From: Candidatus Hodarchaeota archaeon | GTDB taxonomy: Archaea; Asgardarchaeota; Heimdallarchaeia; Hodarchaeales; Hodarchaeaceae | DNA: 26,010 nucleotides | Assembly (NCBI GenBank): GCA_016839785.1 | Contig: JAEOTQ010000052.1 | Coordinates: 1-26,010 of the forward strand | Reading direction: 5' to 3' | Shown here: positions 9,401 through 18,439 of the stretch, piece after piece | Layout: the number at the start of each line of letters is the position of its first letter | Position numbering within the stretch: the first letter of the stretch is position 1 | Notes under the pieces: generated by a model | What the model was told of the DNA's origin: nothing | Databases searched by the model: none | Seen by the model: the letters and a program-made list of their open reading frames with translations, nothing else | Program-made: the position numbers and the translations under genes

Positions 9401-10897
9401 ATGGTTTCGATTAGAAGGATTCGCGTAAATCGATTTCTTAATGCAACTATATTTTTCTTATTGACACTTCTGCAGATGATCATTGTTTCATGGATTTCTA
9501 TTAGTCAAGTTCCAGAAGAAGGATCAGAATTTACATTTGCAAAGATTCTTGGATTTTATATCTCGATTAATCCGTTTTCAGAACTAGCTTTTACAGCTGT
9601 TTTAGTAATCCTAACAGGAGGATTGCAAATTTTGTTATTAGCATTCTTAGTAAACGTTGTTTTTTCAAACAAAAATATGATACAAATTTATCCACTACCT
9701 AAGCGAGGAATAGCTCATTTACCAGAAGAGGAACAATTAGTAAATAAAACTATAAATATTGTATCAAAAGTAGCAACCCGTGCAAAAATCAAGGTGAAAA
9801 AAATCTTTGTTTATCGAAAAAGCGTACCAAATGCTTTCAGTCTAGATTTAATACCTATTCCATTTTTACGAAGACCATATATAGTACTAAATACAAATGT
9901 ACTTGAAATACTCAATGATAATGAAATAGAAGCAGTAGTAGCACATGAACTAGCACACGTCAAACATGGGGATAGTTTATTTCGTTTAATCTTATCAATA
10001 CCCCGTTTATTTCTCAATCTTGCTTATTTATTCATCTATCTTCAAGTTCTAACAGGAATTCAAAACGCTCTGTTTGAAAACTTTAGACCGATAGATGCAA
10101 TAGAGAGAACGCTCTTTTTAGGGTTGATATATTTAATCATCGCAATCCTAACTAAATTCACTGTAAGGTTCTTGTATTCTGCGAATCGACAGGCTGAATT
10201 TTTATCTGATTATTTCGCTGCTCAGCTAGTAGGATCTGGTATCTTAATAAACTCGTTGATCCACCTGGGACAACGAAGTGAAACAATGCAAATTTTGTCT
10301 CACGAAATTGAATGGCTAAATGGATTAGCAGGAGAAAAAAAACCATCAGCTGACTTTATGCGTAATATAAATCATCGATTTCCTAGAACACAATTGAATG
10401 AGGACGTTGCACGAGAACTAGCACCTAGAATTTTTCTTGAGGAGAAGTTTTATCAGTTAATGACCGCCTACGGATTGAAAATAGATAAAGATTATCAGGA
10501 TAAGCTAATCATGCAGGCAGTACCTTCATTGTTGGAGAAAAGATCGAAATTTTTCGAAACAATGCATGATAATGAAGAAGTTCTCACTCCTACAAAGTTG
10601 AAAGAGAAGACAATTGATTGGCGAATTTTCGATTCTGATGAGAGTTATTACTTGGATGCAGAAGAACTTGATAATTTCATAATTACATTGCTTTCCCATC
10701 CTCAGAAAATGGTCTTTGAAAATGAAATCTTACAGACTTCAGAAAAGGACAGTGATCATCCAAATTTTAGAACGAGAATACTTCAAATATATAAAATCTT
10801 TCATCCACAAAACTACAGCAAGATTCTGGATCAAATCATGACTCAGAAGGACTCTACTGTTCATTCTGAAAGTGAAAAACCCACAAATACGGATTAG
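9401..10897 (+). CDS. M48/HtpX-family membrane zinc metalloprotease with a long insertion containing an EF-hand-like motif
   Basis: N-terminal TM helices, PNAF, AVVAHELAH (HExxH), third-ligand motif QAEFLSD and distal DHPNFRTRI. Confidence 0.88.
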   Translation: MVSIRRIRVNRFLNATIFFLLTLLQMIIVSWISISQVPEEGSEFTFAKILGFYISINPFSELAFTAVLVILTGGLQILLLAFLVNVVFSNKNMIQIYPLPKRGIAHLPEEEQLVNKTINIVSKVATRAKIKVKKIFVYRKSVPNAFSLDLIPIPFLRRPYIVLNTNVLEILNDNEIEAVVAHELAHVKHGDSLFRLILSIPRLFLNLAYLFIYLQVLTGIQNALFENFRPIDAIERTLFLGLIYLIIAILTKFTVRFLYSANRQAEFLSDYFAAQLVGSGILINSLIHLGQRSETMQILSHEIEWLNGLAGEKKPSADFMRNINHRFPRTQLNEDVARELAPRIFLEEKFYQLMTAYGLKIDKDYQDKLIMQAVPSLLEKRSKFFETMHDNEEVLTPTKLKEKTIDWRIFDSDESYYLDAEELDNFIITLLSHPQKMVFENEILQTSEKDSDHPNFRTRILQIYKIFHPQNYSKILDQIMTQKDSTVHSESEKPTNTD

Positions 10898-11934
10898 AAG
10901 TATAAAACTTTTTCTAACATGTTAAGGATTAATCGTTCATTTTCTGGTAAAAGAAATAGTTTCACGTTATTCATTCTGCGTAAATGCCCAAGAAGTGGTT
11001 TTGTTAGTTGCAAAGTTTGACGTCTAGGCGTAACAATGATTCTTACATCTTCAAATTTCCTCAAAACAGGTAAGAAATCTCTGCCTGAGGTTGCCAATAA
11101 ATCAGATATCAATACTAGGGTTTTTTTCTTAGTGATGATTGTAGAGAGTTCTTTTTGGGCTTTCATTAAAGCTGAATGAATATCAGTTTTTCCACCAGAG
11201 CTTAATTTAATCAATTTTTTCACAATTTGGCTGCTAGAAATCCTTTTATCCTTCATACTTTTAATTACAATAGGTTGTGTGTCAAAACCGACAATCCCCA
11301 TATCTTTTTTTTCTAAAGCTAAGCTAAAAATTATAGCAGAAATTATAATAAACTTCAAATGTTGAATAACGGAATGACTCTTATCAATGAGGAGAATAAC
11401 AGCTGACTTTCTTTCTTTTCGTTCTTCACAGACAACGTGTGAATAGTTAAAGGTGGCATCTCCCGAAGCTAAGAACTTAAATATAGTTTTTTCAATATTC
11501 CACCTTCTACCTGGCATATATGGTATTCTAAGAGGATATTTCGATCGATCAATACTATGAAAAAATGATTCAGAATGCCTTATCATTCTTGGGATTAGTA
11601 TTTTCATTAATTTTTTTTCAATAGATGGTTCTAGGTGATCTTTTATTTGAAAAATTAAACTAGATGACTCTAAAACAAGGTTAGAATCAAATTTATCCAT
11701 TTGCAAGACATCAGCTACTACATGAGGATATGATTCGGCTAATATCTCTACTGCGTATAAATTTCGTGATTTGAGGGCTTGTTCAGTAAATTCAATCGTT
11801 TTTGATGTATCTAATTTCTGTTGAAGTCGATACTCAAGGATGGTTTCAATTAGATTAACGTGTTGAGCTGAAGTTGATAATTTAATCGAATGGTTTGATA
11901 TTGCGGGACCTTTATCCCGCTTTATACGTTTTTT
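10894..11934 (-). CDS. vWA (CoxE-like) domain region; probably translated as the -1 frameshift extension of the upstream MoxR ATPase
   Basis: MIDAS motif LLIDKSHS, GGKTDI and LISD. The frame is open from 11943 to the stop at 10894, but the first TTG/ATG is only at 11706/11700. Confidence 0.85.
   Translation of the reverse strand, partial: KKRIKRDKGPAISNHSIKLSTSAQHVNLIETILEYRLQQKLDTSKTIEFTEQALKSRNLYAVEILAESYPHVVADVLQMDKFDSNLVLESSSLIFQIKDHLEPSIEKKLMKILIPRMIRHSESFFHSIDRSKYPLRIPYMPGRRWNIEKTIFKFLASGDATFNYSHVVCEERKERKSAVILLIDKSHSVIQHLKFIIISAIIFSLALEKKDMGIVGFDTQPIVIKSMKDKRISSSQIVKKLIKLSSGGKTDIHSALMKAQKELSTIITKKKTLVLISDLLATSGRDFLPVLRKFEDVRIIVTPRRQTLQLTKPLLGHLRRMNNVKLFLLPENERLILNMLEKVLYF
11903..11934 (-). 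other. Putative -1 programmed ribosomal frameshift signal (slippery heptamer plus stimulatory hairpin)
   Basis: A_AAA_AAC (11934..11928) in the correct phase of the MoxR frame, spacer GTATAAA, then hairpin GCGGGAT-AAAG-GTCCCGC (11920..11903). Confidence 0.75.
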
Positions 11935-12782
11935 GGTCTCTTGTCAAAAAAGATTTCAGTTGCAATCTCATCCAAACACTCCTCTATTGATCGTGAGATA
12001 TCAGGCTGTAATTTAACTTTACCGGAATACACTGCATTGATCGCTTGTGAAATTTGTTTTTCTTTGCTTTCTTCATCCATTAATAACTGTGTCAGTTGAA
12101 TTGCAGCGCGAATACTTGCACCTCGTTCAAAATTAGCTTCAGTTCGAGTCTTTTCCGTGAATATTACACATTTCTGTATTAACCCTTTATCAGTGCATCC
12201 TGTCCTTAATTTAACTATCTTTTCAGCGATTTTCCCAGTTTTATGAGTCAAATGAACTCTAATGCATCTATCGAAGAATGCTTCGGGAAGTGGATTTGTT
12301 CCAATATATTCTGCAGGATTCAGGGTGAAAATTGTGTAAAATCCGTCTGTGGCTTTTATAGACTTATATTGTGGAATTTCAATAGATCTTTCACTGTAAT
12401 CCATTGCAGAAAGTGCACCATTGATCGATTCACTTGGCGCGCGGTTTACTTCATTGAAAAAGAATAGTCCTCCGTTTAACATTGCTAATGTTAAAGGTCC
12501 TGGTATAAAGGATTTTTCCCCAAATCCTGATTCGATTACTAGTGCTGGATCAAACCACCCTCGAAGTTGTGTAATTGTTAAATTTTCATCCCCGTCCGCT
12601 CTGTAGAAGGGTCTCTTCAGAGACAAAGCAATTGTCTTGGCTAACTCCGTTTTTCCTGTTCCTGATTCTCCTTCAATAATTATACTGATATTTTGCTCAA
12701 TGGCTTTCAAAATAAGGATGATTTGGTCATCTAAATCGATAAGATTCTTCTTACACTCACCAAGGATTTTCTGAACTTGCAT
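11922..12782 (-). CDS. MoxR-family AAA+ ATPase (CoxD/CbbQ/NorQ-like)
   Basis: Walker A GESGTGKT, FIPGPLTLAM, Walker B variant FFNEVNR, TLNP, LPEAFFDR (Arg finger) and SIR sensor. GGTGA RBS. Confidence 0.92.
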   Translation of the reverse strand: MQVQKILGECKKNLIDLDDQIILILKAIEQNISIIIEGESGTGKTELAKTIALSLKRPFYRADGDENLTITQLRGWFDPALVIESGFGEKSFIPGPLTLAMLNGGLFFFNEVNRAPSESINGALSAMDYSERSIEIPQYKSIKATDGFYTIFTLNPAEYIGTNPLPEAFFDRCIRVHLTHKTGKIAEKIVKLRTGCTDKGLIQKCVIFTEKTRTEANFERGASIRAAIQLTQLLMDEESKEKQISQAINAVYSGKVKLQPDISRSIEECLDEIATEIFFDKRPKNV

Positions 12783-12825
12783 TTAGTCACCTTGTGGTTT
12801 TACATGGTTGCTATTCGATAAATTG

Positions 12826-14799
12826 TTACTCAATATCAAGGAAGCTGCGTTTTAAGGTGACAAGTTCTTTATCTGTGTTATAGTCAATCCAACCCTCAGA
12901 CTCTAACTCCTTCATTAAACGTTCTGCGAAAACAAGTTGAATTGCCACCGTTTTTGCCAATTCCTTTACCGAGGCTTTTTGAATATCTTGAAGAACAAAA
13001 AGGATAGCATATTTTGGATTTTTGGAGAGATTTATTTTTAGAACTTCAACTGCTTGCTTATACTGCTCGGATTCTTCCTTTAATTTCGTCAGCTGACGAG
13101 TAAGCACATCATTCTCCCCGTTACTTTTTGTAATCTCATTCTGAAAGGTATTCAGTTTTTTTTCCAATCTTTGATTTTCATTGCTTGATTCTTTTAGCTG
13201 GATTCCTAGACTCTTTATTTCTACTTCATATGTCTCTTTTTGTCTTTCAAAGTTAGCACTTTTCGTTCTAGACCCATCAATCTCTTCCCTTAGACTTTCA
13301 TGCTTACTCCTAAAAGATTCTAATTCTTTTAATGCCTCAGTGGCTTCAAGGTTTTTGGTTTTAAGTTGAGTTTCATGCTCGAGGATAGATGATTTTTGTT
13401 TTTCATATTCGATCTTTAACGTTCCCAGATTCTCCCGGGCTTCATTCAGAGCTTTCTCTATGACATCAATTCGTTCATTTTTGGCCTGGATTTCCACTTG
13501 TAAATCTTCCGTTGAAGTCATGAGAGCTCTATTTTCTGTTCTTACTTTTTCCTTGGCTTCTTTTGCCTCATTGAGTCGTGATTGAAATTTCTCGATTAAT
13601 GTATTCTTTTCGTCCATTTCCTGTTGAGTATGTGTCAAGCTACCTTCTACTTGTTCCCTAGAAGACTCGCTCGAATCAAGTTTTTGCTTAAAATCAACTT
13701 TTTCCTTTTCTAAATTTTCAATCTTATTTTCTAATTGATTAATTCTGTGATTTAGGTCTTCTATTTCTTTAACCTTTTGATCAACAAGATTTTGAGAGTT
13801 TGATAGTTCTTTACGGACAGTTAATGCTTCTTCACTAGTTTCTCCTGAATCAATTACGAGGTCTTCATTTTCCTTTTCCAAAATTTGGTTTTTCTCTTCT
13901 AATTCGGCTATAGATTTCTTTACTTCTCTGATTTGAGAATTTAAAGCCTTATTTTCGTCTAATAGGTTGTCTGCTTGCTTTGATGAAGATTCTTTTACCT
14001 TATCAACTTCTTTTTGGAAAACAGTCTTTAAATTCGTAATTTCATTGTTTAATTCATTGTTCTGTTCTTTTAAGGTAATATTTTCTTCCGCATGACTGGT
14101 TAACACCTGAACTTCTGATTTTAAATTCTCTACTTCAATATCCCTATTACCAATTACAGTTTGTAGTTCTTCGATCTCTAATCTTGTAGTCATCAGAGTA
14201 TTTCCGATAACTTCATATTCTGCCTCAATTTTGTCCTTTTCTAATTTTGCTTGTTTCATTTCTCTCTGAGCTTCATCAAATAGCTCTTGAAGTCGATTTA
14301 TTTCTTCTAATTGTTCTTGATATTTTTCGGATGATGTTAAGGACTTTGATTTCAACTGAGATATTTCTGTTTCTTTTTCTCCTAATAATGTCTCCAAATT
14401 ACTGATCTTTTTCTCAAATGATGAAGCATCTGGTGCTTGTTGCTTAAGTGTTTCAATTTCATCCCGTAATTGCTGGAGCTCACGTTTGGAAATAAGGGTT
14501 GAATCTGACTCTGGTTGAATAAGATCAATATTATCTATATCTTTGAGTCCTCTTTTAGAAAATTCTGTATGTGCATCCTTATTAAAGGCAATCATTTTCT
14601 CTTTTAGACTCTCAATAATTTCTTCAACATCTTGCAATGTATAGTAAGATTTAGGTCTTGATTGAAGCCTCTGTACGCTACTCTTCATTTCAGATGAAAT
14701 TTCGTGTTCCAATTTTTGAGCTTGTTGGGCTATACTTCTTATAAAAGCAAGTTTGGGATTGTTACTGGCCAAAGTTCTGAACCCTCTATTTTTTGACAA
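12826..14799 (-). CDS. Long coiled-coil protein with a C-terminal winged helix-like domain
   Basis: About 550 aa of E/K/Q/L-rich heptad sequence followed by PKYAILFVLQD..KASVKELAKTVAI....AERLMKELESEGWIDY. No ATPase motifs. Confidence 0.8.
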   Translation of the reverse strand: MSKNRGFRTLASNNPKLAFIRSIAQQAQKLEHEISSEMKSSVQRLQSRPKSYYTLQDVEEIIESLKEKMIAFNKDAHTEFSKRGLKDIDNIDLIQPESDSTLISKRELQQLRDEIETLKQQAPDASSFEKKISNLETLLGEKETEISQLKSKSLTSSEKYQEQLEEINRLQELFDEAQREMKQAKLEKDKIEAEYEVIGNTLMTTRLEIEELQTVIGNRDIEVENLKSEVQVLTSHAEENITLKEQNNELNNEITNLKTVFQKEVDKVKESSSKQADNLLDENKALNSQIREVKKSIAELEEKNQILEKENEDLVIDSGETSEEALTVRKELSNSQNLVDQKVKEIEDLNHRINQLENKIENLEKEKVDFKQKLDSSESSREQVEGSLTHTQQEMDEKNTLIEKFQSRLNEAKEAKEKVRTENRALMTSTEDLQVEIQAKNERIDVIEKALNEARENLGTLKIEYEKQKSSILEHETQLKTKNLEATEALKELESFRSKHESLREEIDGSRTKSANFERQKETYEVEIKSLGIQLKESSNENQRLEKKLNTFQNEITKSNGENDVLTRQLTKLKEESEQYKQAVEVLKINLSKNPKYAILFVLQDIQKASVKELAKTVAIQLVFAERLMKELESEGWIDYNTDKELVTLKRSFLDIE

Positions 14800-14919
14800 A
14801 ATATGATTAATTAAAGTAATATAAAATTATTCCACAATAGTATTCACGGTTAATCTCTAGATAGATGATTTCACTTTTTAAAATAACGGTTTAATATCTA
14901 TCGAATTTTAGAGTAAATA

Positions 14920-15495
14920 TTACTTAGGTGTACCTTCCTCAGGAATCATATTTTCCTTTAACTGATTTAATTCTTTTTCAAAATCAGCAAAACGTCCTTG
15001 GTAGAGGTTTAAAAATGCCAAATCAAGATGAGAAGTTCCTGTTTGGGGATCATATCCAATAGTTGACAATAATTTGAAATTCTTCTGCTGGATAGATTTC
15101 AGAAAATTAGGTAATTCTTCCAGGTTTTTTCTTACGGCATCAAGAACTTTTAACGCGCTTTTTTCATTTGTCGTGAGATTTTGTGTAAATGATTCAACTT
15201 GGGGAAGAATAATTATTCGTAAGCGACTTCGGATTTCATCCTTGCTTAAGGTGGAATCAATCGCTAGTTTTTTCACCCAATCCACAATCGTCTCAAAATT
15301 GCGTAAACCATTTTTCTGTAATTTTATCCAGTTTAATAGGGTTTCTAAAACATCTTCAATAGTACCCAACTGTTTGAACAACTCATCAGGTTGCTCTAAT
15401 GTGGTATCGATTTGTGTTTTAAGTAGTGATAGCGAGTCAAATATTTCTTCAAAATAATCTTGATAGGATCTTGAATCATCATCTAGGTTTTCCAT
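14920..15495 (-). CDS. Hypothetical alpha-helical protein
   Basis: Fills the gap with typical composition. ATG 15495 (MENLDD) has GATGTGA upstream and is preferred over 15579. Confidence 0.7.
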   Translation of the reverse strand: MENLDDDSRSYQDYFEEIFDSLSLLKTQIDTTLEQPDELFKQLGTIEDVLETLLNWIKLQKNGLRNFETIVDWVKKLAIDSTLSKDEIRSRLRIIILPQVESFTQNLTTNEKSALKVLDAVRKNLEELPNFLKSIQQKNFKLLSTIGYDPQTGTSHLDLAFLNLYQGRFADFEKELNQLKENMIPEEGTPK

Positions 15496-15648
15496 GATAG
15501 TTTCACATCTTAACAGCGAATAAAAGAGAATAAATCCTAACTGAAGCCGATTTCTACAATATTCTAGGACATTGGCCATTTAAAGCTATTCATACTTAGA
15601 ATACCTAGAGCGATCAAATTAAAGAAAAAAATTATCAGAATTTAATTA

Positions 15649-18030
15649 TTATATTAATTTTTCCTGGATTAATGGCACTTGTCCAATAGAAATACACCCA
15701 TCTCCACAAGGGATTTGTTTGTGATATATAGGAGTGTATTTTTTACCTGCACTAACAATATTTCGATAAAATTCAGAAAATATCGCTTGATTGTAACATA
15801 CACCTCCAGACATTCCAATTTTTTCTATTCCATGTCTCTCTGCCATTAGAATTGAGACATCTGCTATCGTCTTTGCTAAACTCCTCTCTGCTGCATGAGC
15901 TAGTAAATATTTGTTTTTTCCCTCAAGCATCCCGTACCACACGGTTTGAAGAAGCTCTTTAGTCTGAATTTCGATAGAACCTACGCTATTCTTCTTATAT
16001 GGTATCTCTAAAGTAAGTTCTGAGTTGCTAATTTTATTTTTTGAAAAAGATTCAAGTTTAATTGCCGGTTCGCCCTCATATGTACGAAATTTGGTCACAC
16101 CAAGCATGACACTAAGAATATCAAGGACACGGCCACAGCTTGAGGTCAAGTTGTGACTGGAAATATTGTGATTTTTTAATTGTTTACTCAAAGAATTGAG
16201 AAGAAGTGAATAATTTTCAGAGTCTGTGATCCATTTTAGCCATGGAAGGGATTCAATGCTTTCAGTAACCTCCTCAGATGACATGAATGAAAGAAGATTG
16301 GCTAAAAATGCTCGATGAGGTTGTTTTATTGCTAAGTCCCCCCCTGGAATTGATAGAACTTCTAAGTGTGCTACTCTTTCAAAATTTGAGTAATTTCCCA
16401 TCAATATTTCTCCACCCCATATTGTTCCATCTTCTCCATAACCCGTTCCATCTAAAGCGGCACATATGATAGTCTCTTCGGGGTGTACTCCCGCATCAAT
16501 GGCTAACGCACTAAGATGGGCAAAATGATGTTGAAATTGAAAAAAAGGTACACCAGCTTTTTCCGACCATTCCTTACCAAGAGTAGTAGAAGAAAATTGC
16601 GGATGTAAATCGCCGCCTATTCCTTGAATTTTCTCAATCCCTAGTAAAGAACGCATATGCTTCATACTAAGTTTAAGAAATTCGATATTTTCTAACGTAC
16701 TGAGGTGTCCAATATGCTGGGTCGGAAAAACTCTTTTTCCTATGCCAATAGCACCAACTGTATGCATTTCTGCTCCTAATGCCATCACTACTGGAGCATT
16801 ATGCTTCCAAGGTAAAGATATTGGTTCAGGGACATAGCCCCGGCTCCTTCGAATTATTAATGGATATTCCTGGTTATCAAGTAAATGAAGACGGAGAACA
16901 CTATCATCAATACGTTGGTAAATAGTTCTATCATGGAGTAGAAAATAATCTGCAACTGTTGACAGATTTTTTTGAATTTGTGAATTTCTAATGAGTATTG
17001 GCATGTTGGAGGGATTACCAGAAGTCATTACTAATGCGGGATCATTTATACTATGAAATAGTGTAACATGAATTCCTGCATACGGAAATAATACCCCAAT
17101 ATTGTGTAAATTTGGAGAAATATATTCAGAAAGGGAATATTGGTCATTTTTGTCTAAGAGTAAGATTGGTCTAATATAGGAATTAAGATAATTTGCCTCA
17201 AGTAATGAGCAATGGGCAAATTGCTGGGTAGTACGTTGATTTTTTGAAATCACAGCAAATGGTTTTTCTCCTCTTGCGCCTTTCCAATCCCGTATTTTGA
17301 GAATTGGGTCATCAAGCATCGTTCTACACGCAATATGAGTACCTCCAATTCCTTTAATTGCGATTATATTTCCTTCATTAAGTAGTTTGGACGGGATATT
17401 CACATTTCTTCTAAAATCTTCAGGAGAAAGTATTATATTCCCTTTATTGTCAAGTAAACGATATTGAGGCCCACATTCCCAACAACAGGTGGTTTGAGCA
17501 TGAAATCGTCTATCAGTTGGATTAGTATACTCTCCTAAACACGTTGAACATAATGGAAAGTCCTCCATGACTGTCCTAGGACGATCATATGGTAAGGATG
17601 ATATTACTGAGTATCTTGGGCCACAGTCGACACAGGATGTGAATGGATAATTTAATCTACGTTGATCGAATCCCATTTCATTGATACATTTCTCACATAT
17701 CGGTAAATCTGGAGGAATATAAGACCCTTCATTCCCTCTTGTCAAAGTACTTTCAGCAATTTGAAACTTAGTGAGATAAGCATTATCAATTGAAGCAATG
17801 TCAAAATTTGTATCAAATTTCTCGTATCGCGCGAGAGGTGGTTTCAAGTGTTGTAATTCATCGATAAATGTTAGAATTTGACCTTTTGATCCTTTAATTT
17901 GGATTTCCACCCCTGCATCCCCTCTATTGAGAACAAAACCAACTAATTTGTGCCTGATAGCAAGGTTATAAACAAATGGTCGGAATCCGATACCTTGAAC
18001 CACACCATTTATCATGATTTGACAGTACAC
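15649..18030 (-). CDS. hypF: [NiFe]-hydrogenase maturation carbamoyltransferase HypF
   Basis: Acylphosphatase motif GVVQGIGFRPFVY, two CxxC-x18-CxxC Zn fingers, KGIGG, RRSRGYVP, QHHFAH, DGTGYG and GDGCISIGQ. Confidence 0.97.
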   Translation of the reverse strand: MYCQIMINGVVQGIGFRPFVYNLAIRHKLVGFVLNRGDAGVEIQIKGSKGQILTFIDELQHLKPPLARYEKFDTNFDIASIDNAYLTKFQIAESTLTRGNEGSYIPPDLPICEKCINEMGFDQRRLNYPFTSCVDCGPRYSVISSLPYDRPRTVMEDFPLCSTCLGEYTNPTDRRFHAQTTCCWECGPQYRLLDNKGNIILSPEDFRRNVNIPSKLLNEGNIIAIKGIGGTHIACRTMLDDPILKIRDWKGARGEKPFAVISKNQRTTQQFAHCSLLEANYLNSYIRPILLLDKNDQYSLSEYISPNLHNIGVLFPYAGIHVTLFHSINDPALVMTSGNPSNMPILIRNSQIQKNLSTVADYFLLHDRTIYQRIDDSVLRLHLLDNQEYPLIIRRSRGYVPEPISLPWKHNAPVVMALGAEMHTVGAIGIGKRVFPTQHIGHLSTLENIEFLKLSMKHMRSLLGIEKIQGIGGDLHPQFSSTTLGKEWSEKAGVPFFQFQHHFAHLSALAIDAGVHPEETIICAALDGTGYGEDGTIWGGEILMGNYSNFERVAHLEVLSIPGGDLAIKQPHRAFLANLLSFMSSEEVTESIESLPWLKWITDSENYSLLLNSLSKQLKNHNISSHNLTSSCGRVLDILSVMLGVTKFRTYEGEPAIKLESFSKNKISNSELTLEIPYKKNSVGSIEIQTKELLQTVWYGMLEGKNKYLLAHAAERSLAKTIADVSILMAERHGIEKIGMSGGVCYNQAIFSEFYRNIVSAGKKYTPIYHKQIPCGDGCISIGQVPLIQEKLI

Positions 18031-18181
18031 GGGTTTACCTCAATAGTTAAATCGAATCATCGGGTATCGGGAGAAGTAACAATAAATTCTAACCGACTTT
18101 CTTTGAAAAACTGGCCATAATATTTTTTACTCCTTCTTTTTTCATATGTCTTATCCAATAATTGGGTTGGTTCCTCTTACA

Positions 18182-18439
18182 ATGTGTTTAGCTATACCTG
18201 CACAGGTTCAAGAATTCTTAGAAGATAGTATGATTATTGCCGACTTCGGTCGTGGAGTGAAAAGAGAGGTAAGCATAGCCTTATTAGGGGAGGAACTAAA
18301 GGTTGGAGATTGGATACTCATTCATACAGGTTACGCTGTATCAATAATGTCCCAAGAAGAAGCAATGGAATCTTTAGCGCTTTGGGAAGAACTTTGGAAG
18401 TCGGAGGAAGAAGCGAAAAAATCTTTCGGAGAATCTTAA
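18182..18439 (+). CDS. hypC: Hydrogenase maturation chaperone HypC/HupF
   Basis: MCLAIPA N-terminus (start must be ATG 18182 to expose Cys2) and VGDWILIHTGYA. Confidence 0.95.
   Translation: MCLAIPAQVQEFLEDSMIIADFGRGVKREVSIALLGEELKVGDWILIHTGYAVSIMSQEEAMESLALWEELWKSEEEAKKSFGES

Noticed and set aside
11700-11706. TTG/ATG as the independent start of the vWA gene, as in the ORF track
   Set aside because: No clear RBS, and it would leave about 215 nt of stop-free, protein-like frame unexplained in a compact genome. Disfavoured but not excluded.
12826-14799. SMC/Rad50 call for the coiled-coil protein
   Set aside because: No Walker A/B, signature motif, hinge or zinc hook.
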